From IMG/VR virus record IMGVR_UViG_3300001533_000890, positions 449 through 64,448 of that record: 64,000 nt of DNA. One strand, given 5' to 3'. Source of the stretch: a virus. Its lineage: Duplodnaviria; Heunggongvirae; Uroviricota; Caudoviricetes. The translations under genes were made by a program, and so were the position numbers. Under the pieces are notes generated by a model, which was given only the letters and a program-made list of their open reading frames with translations, did not search any database and was not told where the DNA came from. This document shows, in pieces, positions 47,133 through 55,212 of the stretch; positions within the stretch are counted from its first letter, which is position 1; each line of letters opens with the position of its first letter.

Positions 47133-47474
47133 ATGAACTTTGATTTTATTCCATTGATGATTGTGCTCGCCCTAATTTTGACGGGGTACCTGTGTCGATA
47201 CACTTTGTTATACGCAGTACGCCGGGCGGGGCCACAGTCGGGGTCGGAGTGGCCTGAATTGGACGAGTGTATTCAACTTTTAGCTCGACACCGAGGTACC
47301 TTGCGTTTTGAAGATGACCCTGAGAGCCCGGATATAATCCACGGCTCAATTCGGGTTGGAACCCCGGCGAAGCGACGTGTCGCTCATTTTACGTTTTCGC
47401 GCGACAAGATTCCTTCGGCCGCGAGTTACTCCTTGATTCCACTTTGTGATGCCCTCAAGTTGGAGGGGTATTGA
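47133..47474 (+). CDS. hypothetical membrane-anchored protein
   Basis: 113 aa, N-terminal transmembrane segment. Confidence 0.35.
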   Translation: MNFDFIPLMIVLALILTGYLCRYTLLYAVRRAGPQSGSEWPELDECIQLLARHRGTLRFEDDPESPDIIHGSIRVGTPAKRRVAHFTFSRDKIPSAASYSLIPLCDALKLEGY

Positions 47475-47725
47475 TGCTTTTTCACAACCTTTCTAAGGTA
47501 AACACAATGATTCCTGAGCATGAATTTGACGACCCATTTGAAGAGCCCTTTGACTTTGATGACCTTGATTACGACCCCGCCGACGTTGTTCGTTTTACGG
47601 GCGACGAGTTGCGGGTAATTGGGCGATTGGCACAGAACTTGCTCTCCAATGCTGTTGAAGTGGGCATTAACCCAGACTTGCTTGAGGACATTTACTTGAA
47701 AACCTACTCATTTATTGATGCGTGA
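47471..47725 (+). CDS. small acidic protein
   Basis: 84 aa, Asp/Glu-rich. Confidence 0.3.
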   Translation: MMLFHNLSKVNTMIPEHEFDDPFEEPFDFDDLDYDPADVVRFTGDELRVIGRLAQNLLSNAVEVGINPDLLEDIYLKTYSFIDA

Positions 47726-47736
47726 CCCTTGAAAAC

Positions 47737-47765
47737 CTTGACAAGACCCAAAACACATGGTACAA
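47737..47765 (+). promoter_or_regulatory. sigma70 consensus promoter (TTGACA, 17-nt spacer, TACAAT) driving the tRNA-like ncRNA
   Basis: TTGACAagacccaaaacacatggTACAAT. The predicted transcription start lies about 7 nt downstream, at roughly 47772-47775. Confidence 0.6.
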
Positions 47766-47774
47766 TAGAATATA

Positions 47775-47897
47775 GGACCCCGTGGTGTAATGGTAACACA
47801 CGTTTATGCTTCACCACACCTTGCCTTAACGGGCCGACGGTAAAGCGTTATTGAACTGTTAATTCCGTAATCCAGGTTCGAGTCCTGGCGGGGTCGT
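47775..47897 (+). ncRNA. tRNA-like non-coding RNA (YrlA/Y RNA-like candidate). It has acceptor, D and T arms, but about 70 nt replace the anticodon arm.
   Basis: 5' GACCCCG pairs with 3' CGGGGTC. D-arm GTGTaatggtaACAC. T-arm CCAGGttcgagtCCTGG. No canonical anticodon stem. Internal helix GCTTCACC/GGTAAAGC. Confidence 0.5.
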
Positions 47898-48045
47898 TTG
47901 TCGGGCCGCTTGCAATGGGTTATCGTTTTGGATAAGACCCCATTGCAAACACTTGTCCGCCACCTTACAAACGGGCCGCTTGTGTCGGGTTATTGGTTAA
48001 TATTATCCCGACCCAGTTACTTGCCCGTTGTTCTTTAACTGGAGA
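47898..48045 (+). promoter_or_regulatory. two stem-loops sharing a GGGCCGCTTG direct repeat, in the leader of the Ro60 gene or the 3' part of the ncRNA
   Basis: Hairpins TTGCAATGGG(loop)CCCATTGCAA (47910-47948) and GTCGGG(loop)CCCGAC. Confidence 0.35.
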
Positions 48046-48050
48046 ATAGA

Positions 48051-49655
48051 ATGGCAAACTATGCGAGTCACCTTGTTACGGCAACCCAGCGGGAACCCTT
48101 GTTTGATCGTAAACAGATTAAGAACGATGCTGGAGGTTACGTTTTTAAGGTTGAGCCCTTTCAGGTTCTCCAACGGTTTCTCATTCTAGGCTGTGACGGC
48201 GGAACTTATTACACGGGCGAGGCGCAGATGACTCGCCGCATGGCGAAAGTTTTACAAGAATGCGCCCGACGGTCTGTTGAGTCAACTATCACCACCATAC
48301 TTCAAGCGCTGCCCCGCGCAATTAAGCCAACCCCTGCGGTTTTTTGTCTTGCTTACTTGTCTAGTGGTAAGTGCGGCCCGCAGGCGGCGCGGGCGGCTTT
48401 GGCCGAAGTTAACACGGTTTGTCGCACCGCTTCGCATCTCTTTACGTTCGTGGAGCAAACAACGAAATTCCGGGGCTGGGGACGCGGCCTGCGGAAAGCC
48501 GTGGCGGGCTGGTATACGGCTAAGGACCCACAGTCTTTGATGTATCAGGTTACGAAGTATGGTCAACGAGAGGGCTACACGCATCGTGACCTCCTTCGTT
48601 TGGCACATCCTTACTCCCCTGAGTTGAATGAAGTTTTTCGGTACATTTGCAGCGGAGAGTACACCAAGAATGACACCCTTGGTTCATGGCTATCCGTGAT
48701 TAATAGTCTGTCCGAAGCCACAAGTGCCAAGTCTGTTGCGAAGCATATCCGGGCTTGGCGATTGGTTCGCGAAGTTATTCCAACCAAGTGGCTCAATTCT
48801 TCCTTGGTGTGGGAGGCGCTGCTTGATAGGATGCCATATACAGCCTTGGTTCGCAACCTTGGGAAGATGACCGCTGTTGGGCTACTAACGCCTTTTAGCG
48901 ATGCTTCTAAACTGGTTTGTGAGCGGCTGCGGTCGGCGGGGCAGGCTCTTCATCCTGCTGCATTGTTGCTGGCAAGCACCACCTATCAAAAAGGTCAAGG
49001 CGTCAGGGGCAACTTGTCTTGGAACCCTGACCAGAATATTTGTGAGGCACTTGAGGACGCATTTTACGGCGCTTTCGACACTGTGACACCCGCTGGCAAG
49101 AACTTTATGCTGGCAATCGACGTTTCTGGCTCCATGGGCTGGCGCGGTTTTGACTTCCTGGGTTCTATTGCTGGCACACACCTTAAAGCTTACCAAGCCG
49201 CCGCTGTTATGGCGCTGGCACAGACGCGGTCCGAGCCATGGTGCCTTACGACGGCATTTACTGGCCGGCAGGGTAACAGACGCGCCGGTGGTCTTAAGCT
49301 CGTGGAAAATTTCGGCCGACACTGCCGTTTACAGCCCGCTTTGGATGAGCTTAGGCGAATTCCGGTTGGTCCAACAGACTGCGCACTTCCAATGATTTAC
49401 GCCCGGGAAAATAAATTACCGGTTGACACTTTTGTTGTCTACACTGATAACGAAAGCTGGCAGGGTAAAACGCACCCTTGTCGAGCCCTCGAAGATTATC
49501 GGCAAGCCACGGGTCGCGATGCCAAATTGGTTGTTTGTGCATTGACTGCTACTGAGTATTCGGTAGCTGACCCGGATGATCCCGGAATGCTTGATGTTGT
49601 AGGTTTTGACCCCACTTGCCCATCCGTTATCTCTCGTTTTGCAGGAGAACTTTAA
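48051..49655 (+). CDS. rsr: Ro60/Rsr-like ribonucleoprotein (TROVE domain with C-terminal vWA/MIDAS)
   Basis: 534 aa, the typical Ro60 size. vWA MIDAS motif FMLAIDVSGSMGW near residue 360. An adjacent tRNA-like ncRNA is characteristic of Rsr and Y RNA loci. Confidence 0.65.
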   Translation: MANYASHLVTATQREPLFDRKQIKNDAGGYVFKVEPFQVLQRFLILGCDGGTYYTGEAQMTRRMAKVLQECARRSVESTITTILQALPRAIKPTPAVFCLAYLSSGKCGPQAARAALAEVNTVCRTASHLFTFVEQTTKFRGWGRGLRKAVAGWYTAKDPQSLMYQVTKYGQREGYTHRDLLRLAHPYSPELNEVFRYICSGEYTKNDTLGSWLSVINSLSEATSAKSVAKHIRAWRLVREVIPTKWLNSSLVWEALLDRMPYTALVRNLGKMTAVGLLTPFSDASKLVCERLRSAGQALHPAALLLASTTYQKGQGVRGNLSWNPDQNICEALEDAFYGAFDTVTPAGKNFMLAIDVSGSMGWRGFDFLGSIAGTHLKAYQAAAVMALAQTRSEPWCLTTAFTGRQGNRRAGGLKLVENFGRHCRLQPALDELRRIPVGPTDCALPMIYARENKLPVDTFVVYTDNESWQGKTHPCRALEDYRQATGRDAKLVVCALTATEYSVADPDDPGMLDVVGFDPTCPSVISRFAGEL

Positions 49656-49852
49656 TGTCAACCACTGCACCAGAAATTGGAGACGTCGCCGCCTGTCAAA
49701 GTGGGACCCTTGGAGTGGTTAAGTCAATTCGCATCCAAGGAAACGGGCGAATTCTCTATGAGGGTACAACTGTGGATGGAAGTCGCCCGTGGCAAAGTGT
49801 GCGCCCGGCTCGGGTTGATACTTGGGAGCAGTGGAAAACGCGCCACGCATGA
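49656..49852 (+). CDS. hypothetical small protein
   Basis: 65-aa ORF, TAATG-coupled to rsr and ATGA-coupled to the next gene. Confidence 0.3.
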
Positions 49853-50451
49853 TTTGGTTTATAAGTGACACACACTTTGGGCATGCACGTTTGATGGAGT
49901 CGCCCGAGCGCGCCGGGCGGTTCCCATCTCTTGCTGACCTGGACGCGGCAATTATTGACGGTATTAATCAATACGTCGGCCGCAATGACGTCCTTTATCA
50001 CCTTGGCGACTTTTGTTGGGGTGCCCGTTTGATAGGGCACTATCGGCAGCGCCTTAAAGTACGGACCCTGCACGTTATCCGTGGGAACCACGACCCGGCC
50101 AGTCTTGGGAGGCATTGCTCTACAATGCGTGATATGGCCGTGGTGAAGTTTCGACAGCCGGGGTGGTCGCACTCGATTAAATTTCACCTGTGTCATTTTC
50201 CCATCGTTAATTGGGCGTCGATGCACCGTGGCGGCGGGCATTTGTACGGCCACTGTCACGGCCGGTCGGAAGCTGACTTGAACCGCATCCACCCGGGTCG
50301 TCGCGCCCTCGATGTTAGCGCGGACAATCTTTATCGGTTGTTTGGTAGCTATCGACCAATCAGTTTGGATGATCTAATTGAACGGTGGGACTTGGCAGAA
50401 ACCCGTGATTATTTCCCCGGCCCGTTTGAACACAATAAGGATACACAATGA
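49849..50451 (+). CDS. calcineurin-like metallophosphoesterase (candidate RNA 2',3'-cyclic-phosphate or 3'-phosphate end-healing enzyme)
   Basis: Motifs ISDTHFGH, LGDFCWG, IRGNHD and GHCHGR. Confidence 0.6.
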   Translation: MIWFISDTHFGHARLMESPERAGRFPSLADLDAAIIDGINQYVGRNDVLYHLGDFCWGARLIGHYRQRLKVRTLHVIRGNHDPASLGRHCSTMRDMAVVKFRQPGWSHSIKFHLCHFPIVNWASMHRGGGHLYGHCHGRSEADLNRIHPGRRALDVSADNLYRLFGSYRPISLDDLIERWDLAETRDYFPGPFEHNKDTQ

Positions 50452-51524
50452 GTAATACCCCTGTTGAAATCACCCCTGTCTTAGCTGTTGAACAGCACCC
50501 CAACGCGGACCGTTTGGAATTGGTGCGCGTTATTACCACGCAGTTCATCTCCCAAAAAGGTATTTACCAACAGGGTGATCTTTGTGTCTATTTCCCGCCA
50601 GATGTTATGATTCCTGAAACATTGGCGGAAGAGCTAGGTGTTGCTGCCTACTTAAAGCACTCAATCTACCCCGGCGATTCGTTCAAATCAAAGTGTCGCG
50701 TTGGTGCCATCCGACTTCGTAGCATTGCATCATTTGGTTTCGGACTACCCGTGGATAAAGTGTCCGCGGCGCGGCCGGGTTGTTATGACGATGGAGCAGA
50801 CGTGTCCGAGCTTGTCGGGGCCGTTAAATATCAACCTCCCGAACTAGAAACAATGCGTGGCTCCGACACGGTACGGTCTCCCGAGGCGTTTCACAAGTAC
50901 ACCAGTATCGAACACTATTACCGTAATGCCATCGCGCTGCCAGAAGGCACGCCCGTCCGCGTGACCGAGAAGCTACACGGAACGAACTCCCGAGTCGGCC
51001 TAATCTACGACAACGGTTGGGAGTTCATGTGTGGCACCCACCACCGACGGGTCAAGTCGGAGAATGCTCGCGGACGGAAGTCCATCTACTGGAAGCCCTT
51101 AACTGACGGGATGAAAGCTCTCTTATCGCACCTGTCACAAGAGACAAACAATGTTATTGTCTTTGGCGAGATTTTCGGGCGCAAGGTCCAGCCAATGGAC
51201 TACGGGGCTGGACCGGCCGAGGGTTATCGAGTTTTTGACATTTCAGTAAACGGGGACTACCTGGATTGGCACAGTATTTGCACCTTTTGTAGGAAGTTCG
51301 GCATCCCAGTCGTGCCGCTACTACACTCCGGACCATTTTATACGGGCCTGGTCGATGAATTTGTAAGCGGGCCAACATCTGTTGCCCACTCCGAGAATAT
51401 TGCGTGCAAATTCAAAGGACGAGAGGGGATTGTGATAACCCCCTTGACTGAAACTTATAGTCCCGAACTTTGTGGCCGTTTGATTCTGAAAGCCGTCAGT
51501 CCTGATTACTATGAGGCTATGTAA
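50448..51524 (+). CDS. ATP-dependent RNA ligase (Rnl2-like KxHGxN nucleotidyltransferase) with an N-terminal Trbp111/EMAP-like tRNA-binding OB domain
   Basis: The N-terminus AVEQHPNADRLELVRV...GDLCVYFPPDV resembles the tRNA-binding domain of MetRS C-terminus/Trbp111. Ligase motif I VTEKLHGTNSRVG. Confidence 0.6.
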   Translation: MSNTPVEITPVLAVEQHPNADRLELVRVITTQFISQKGIYQQGDLCVYFPPDVMIPETLAEELGVAAYLKHSIYPGDSFKSKCRVGAIRLRSIASFGFGLPVDKVSAARPGCYDDGADVSELVGAVKYQPPELETMRGSDTVRSPEAFHKYTSIEHYYRNAIALPEGTPVRVTEKLHGTNSRVGLIYDNGWEFMCGTHHRRVKSENARGRKSIYWKPLTDGMKALLSHLSQETNNVIVFGEIFGRKVQPMDYGAGPAEGYRVFDISVNGDYLDWHSICTFCRKFGIPVVPLLHSGPFYTGLVDEFVSGPTSVAHSENIACKFKGREGIVITPLTETYSPELCGRLILKAVSPDYYEAM

Positions 51525-52198
51525 TGAAGCTTAAACCTTTCTTTACCATGTTTGGAGCGAAATGGCGGGCCGCTCCCCGGTATCCCAAGCCTCAGTATAG
51601 CACCATTGTAGAGCCCTTTGCTGGGGCTGCTGGCTACTCCGTGCGGTATGCGGACAGAAACATACGCCTGTACGAACTTAATCCGGCTTTCTATGGTGTA
51701 TGGCACTATCTTATCCATGTTCGGCCCTCAGAAGTGATGCGAATTCCCGTTGATCTTTTCCATGTCGACGAGCTTGTAGGCTGGCCCTAGGAAACAAAGT
51801 GGCTTATAGGTTTATGGTTCAATAAAGGTGCCGCACATCCCTGTAAACAACGCACACGCTGGTCAGATGTAAGCCCAAAATCGCACTGGGGTGAATCAAT
51901 CAGGGCACGTATTGCGGACCAAGTTGAAGCCATTCGACACTGGAAGATTTACAATGCGTCTTATGAAACTGCCCCGCCCGATGTCGCCACTTGGTTCATT
52001 GACCCGCCCTACCAAGAATGGGGCAAAGCTTATCGAACCTCAAAGATTGACTACGAGCAACTTGCAACTTTCTGCAAAACTCGCCAAGGACAAGTAACAG
52101 TTTGTGAGCAACGGGGCGCCAATTGGTTGCCCTTTCAACTATTTGGTGAGGTAAAAGCTAAACGTGGTAAATCCACGGAAGTAACCTGGACCAACTAA
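51524..52198 (+). pseudogene. Dam-like N6-adenine DNA methyltransferase interrupted by an in-frame TAG at 51788-51790 (pseudogene or read-through)
   Basis: Motif I EPFAGAAGYS lies upstream of the TAG. Motif IV FIDPPYQEW lies downstream in the same frame. Confidence 0.55.
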
Positions 52199-52218
52199 TT
52201 AACACCAAGGAGCCCCCC

Positions 52219-53538
52219 ATGTCCAAGCTTTCAGAGAATCAAGTCCGACAAATCAAGCTCTTGCTTGCCGAGGACAAGAAAACTCAGCTCGAGATTGCGA
52301 AGAAGTTTAAGATTAGTCGTTCAATGGTGTCTGATATTGCAACTGGGCGGGCTTATTCTAAAGTCCCGGGGCCAGCCACCCCTCCGAAGATGGCGAAAGG
52401 ACAGCGACGAAAGCTTCTGGACGTGGACCCGACCAATGAACAGGTTCTTGAGTTGGAAGCCGAGGTAACGCATCTCCGTGAGGAACGCAACCATGCTCGG
52501 AGCCAACTTAAGGTTGCGGCCAAAACTCGGGGACTGTATCAAGCAATTACCGCTGAAATGGATAGGGTTGTTAAGCCATTTCGAGCACTTCCAAAAGCAC
52601 GCCCAGCCGCCGCGCGAGCAACAAAGTCCGCTATCACGGAACATCTTGTGCTGCATTTGAGCGACGGTCACCACGACCAAATTATTACGCCCGAGGAGTG
52701 TGGCGGTTTGGAATCTCATGATTTTCCAGTTAGCATGTGTCGCGCAGAACACTTGATCGACACGGTTTTGAAGTGGACCCAAGTTAGCCTCGCGCCACAG
52801 TTTCGCTTCCCTAACTTGACGGTGTTAGCTTACGGCGACCATACAAGTGGAGAAATTCACGGGCATGTAAACCGCTCTTACTTTAAGAATCAGTTCAAGA
52901 ACTGTTTTGCAATTGGACAGCTTCATGCCCTAATGTTTCGGGACCTGGCACCTTATTTTGACAACGTAAACATTGTCTATGTCCCAGGTAACCATGGTCG
53001 TAGGTCGATTAAGAAGGACTACCACGGGGCCCACGACAACTGGGATTACCTGATTGCAAAAACAGCGGAGATGTACTGCCGCGACCTAGAAAACGTTTTC
53101 TTCACGATTCCTGATTCCTTCAGCGCGAACGTTGACATTAATGGAGTAGGCTTCTGCATTTTCCACGGCGATGACGTTCGGTCTTCAATGGGGATCCCTT
53201 GGTACGGTTTAGAGCGGCGGCAACGGCGTTTCATGGCGGTTAACCGAGTACAGTCTGGCCCGCGCGTCCGGTACTATTGTTGCGGACATTTTCACCGCCC
53301 GGGAAGTGTTTCTGAGCTGGACGGTGAGATGATGATTAACGGGCCCTGGGTTGCAACGGACGCATTTGCGTTCAATGCGCTTTCTGTATACTCAGAGCCA
53401 ACGCAGCTTCTACACGGCGTAAACCCGCAATACGGGGTGACTTGGAGGCTGCCCATTAAGCTCCGAACAGACAAGGAAGCCAAAGGTCCCCAGCGGTACA
53501 AGATTGACATTGCCCGAGAGGTTGGCGTATGCCATTAA
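52219..53538 (+). CDS. helix-turn-helix DNA-binding domain fused to a calcineurin-like metallophosphoesterase (Mre11/SbcD-like or phosphatase)
   Basis: N-terminal HTH KKTQLEIAKKFKISRSMVSDIATGRA. Phosphoesterase motifs LSDGHHD, AYGDHTSG, VPGNHGRR and GHFHRPG. Confidence 0.55.
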   Translation: MSKLSENQVRQIKLLLAEDKKTQLEIAKKFKISRSMVSDIATGRAYSKVPGPATPPKMAKGQRRKLLDVDPTNEQVLELEAEVTHLREERNHARSQLKVAAKTRGLYQAITAEMDRVVKPFRALPKARPAAARATKSAITEHLVLHLSDGHHDQIITPEECGGLESHDFPVSMCRAEHLIDTVLKWTQVSLAPQFRFPNLTVLAYGDHTSGEIHGHVNRSYFKNQFKNCFAIGQLHALMFRDLAPYFDNVNIVYVPGNHGRRSIKKDYHGAHDNWDYLIAKTAEMYCRDLENVFFTIPDSFSANVDINGVGFCIFHGDDVRSSMGIPWYGLERRQRRFMAVNRVQSGPRVRYYCCGHFHRPGSVSELDGEMMINGPWVATDAFAFNALSVYSEPTQLLHGVNPQYGVTWRLPIKLRTDKEAKGPQRYKIDIAREVGVCH

Positions 53539-53918
53539 AGACCTGCCCAAAGTGTAAGAAAGGCTGCGGCCCGCGACTTAAAGTTTGCAAGTGTGGCCAC
53601 GTATTTGAAGGCACCAAGGCAACTGGTCGGCGTCGTCGCGGCACCAAGGGTAGTAGTCACGCCCACCCATTGGTGCCCGAGCCGGGGGCGTGGGTGCTTG
53701 ACAGCTATCATGGTCTACCAGAGTTAAGTTGTCCCGAGTCCCTACCCCCGGGAAAGCTTGATGCTGAAACTTTGAAGGAACAGGTTCAGTACGAGGGCCT
53801 CGGTTTTTGTATTTACCACCTTGTGCCGCCAGAAAGAGTAAAGGACCCGAAACTACAAAAGCTCTGGAAAGAGGCCGGGGACGCCATGCGCGGGGTTATC
53901 AATTATCTTTACGATTAG
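53529..53918 (+). CDS. zinc-ribbon protein
   Basis: N-terminal CPKCKKGC...CKCGH motif. Confidence 0.4.
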   Translation: MPLKTCPKCKKGCGPRLKVCKCGHVFEGTKATGRRRRGTKGSSHAHPLVPEPGAWVLDSYHGLPELSCPESLPPGKLDAETLKEQVQYEGLGFCIYHLVPPERVKDPKLQKLWKEAGDAMRGVINYLYD

Positions 53919-53921
53919 GGC

Positions 53922-53950
53922 TTGACTTTCGTCGCTGGTGTGGTATACTT
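53922..53950 (+). promoter_or_regulatory. sigma70-like promoter (TTGACT, 16-nt spacer, TATACT)
   Basis: cTTGACTttcgtcgctggtgtggTATACTtgtag. Confidence 0.45.
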
Positions 53951-53968
53951 GTAGTATTGGAGGGCAAA

Positions 53969-54205
53969 ATGTTGAAAGTTGTCAGAGGCATTGGTCTAGA
54001 CTCACGTGTTAGTACGACAGTATTTTCGCAGGGGTCACCCGTTTTCCACTGGGAGGACCCTGTGGCGCGCCCAGATGCAACCAAGTCTGAGCGTGCTCTT
54101 GTCAAACGTCTTACATGGGAGGGAGGTATCCGTGAAGTATTCGAGCTAGGATTTGCAACGGGCAGGCTGGCCACAGAGGCGCAGCAGGAACTAACACCTA
54201 GTTGA
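53969..54205 (+). CDS. hypothetical small protein
   Basis: 79-aa ORF downstream of the promoter, GGAGGG ribosome-binding site. Confidence 0.25.
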   Translation: MLKVVRGIGLDSRVSTTVFSQGSPVFHWEDPVARPDATKSERALVKRLTWEGGIREVFELGFATGRLATEAQQELTPS

Positions 54206-54294
54206 GGGGAAGGACCCCGCTGGCGGCTAGGAACCAGATGTTCTTTATATCGGTGGTGGAGACTTTGCGAGAAATACTGTCCCTGCCACCACGA

Positions 54295-54367
54295 TGCGCG
54301 GTAGCTCAATTGGTAGAGCGTCCGACTGTTAATCGGATGGTTGCAGGTTCGAGCCCTGCCCGCGCAG
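54295..54367 (+). tRNA. tRNA-Asn (anticodon GTT)
   Basis: Cloverleaf: acceptor TGCGCGG/CCGCGCA, D-arm GCTCaattggtaGAGC, anticodon arm TCCGAcTGTTAaTCGGA, T-arm GCAGGttcgagcCCTGC. 73 nt, no encoded CCA. Confidence 0.85.
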
Positions 54368-54825
54368 TTTTCACTAATCGAGGAGCCATGTTTTGAAAAA
54401 CTTAAGTCCAGAGTTCATTAGCGCCTTCGCTTTGGAGATTTCTCGCCTTTCCAAAGCCATCCGAGCGGTGCAAAAACTCGATTCGTCGCTGCCCAAGAAT
54501 TTCCCCCCGCCGTCTTCTATTAGAAGCAGCCGGAAACCCTTTGATTTGGTTCTTACGTGGGAGCCTTCTTCACGGGCAGAGGTTACCAGGCTCCAGGAAA
54601 GGTTGTGCGCAGCCTACGGAGTTCTGTACCATTCTTGGCGACCAGCTCCAGCCGGGCTACAATACAACGGACGAATTAAACTAAGAGGCAAGGATTCTTT
54701 GAACCTCTCCTTGGTTATCAAAATCCCGGTTCAGGGCCCGTAGCTCTGCGCCTGCCGGGGAGAGAGCCTTACTGCATCATAAGCGTCGAAAAGGCTGACG
54801 CCCCCGGTTTTTACAGAAAGGCAGA

Positions 54826-55212
54826 ATGAAACCCATCTCTTGCCACCGCGCCGACATCTCGCTATCGCGGCCCTCAACATATGAAATGACTATCAACCTC
54901 AGGTTGAAATCTTTTGCGAAGATTGACACTGAACGCCTCAGGTCTTGTCTCCAAACGGTTTTAACCGACGAGGTCAGACACTTTGAAGCTCAGTTATTTT
55001 TCCACGGGCTTCAACAGTGTATGGCCGAGGCTTTTAGCCATGCCCGTGACGCGGCAATGCAGGAGCTTTATGGGGACGCGAGGGTGCCGTATTCGGATGG
55101 TTCGGGGTGGGTATCTCGCTGGTGCCTAGAGTCCGAGAAGCTAAATAGTAACCCGCTGCCTTATCGTGACGGGGCACCGATTGTTACCCTTCACGAGGTT
55201 CCTAATGCCTAA
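54826..55212 (+). CDS. hypothetical protein
   Basis: 128 aa ORF. Confidence 0.3.
   Translation: MKPISCHRADISLSRPSTYEMTINLRLKSFAKIDTERLRSCLQTVLTDEVRHFEAQLFFHGLQQCMAEAFSHARDAAMQELYGDARVPYSDGSGWVSRWCLESEKLNSNPLPYRDGAPIVTLHEVPNA

Noticed and set aside
47775-47897. Called as a bona fide (possibly intron-containing or suppressor) tRNA
   Set aside because: Acceptor, D and T arms are excellent. However, about 70 nt separate the D and T arms and no 5-bp anticodon stem or 7-nt loop can be formed. No CTA anticodon is evident. A tRNA-like Y-type RNA is the better explanation.
51788-51790. Genome-wide reassignment of TAG as a sense codon
   Set aside because: Many other genes in the window terminate cleanly on TAG, for example at 2268, 18374 and 30644. 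The in-frame TAG in the Dam-like gene is therefore a local event.
54393-54743. 116-aa ORF downstream of tRNA-Asn
   Set aside because: Low-complexity, Pro/Ser/Arg-rich translation with no ribosome-binding site and no recognisable motifs. It is left unannotated; the region may be non-coding or carry regulatory RNA.
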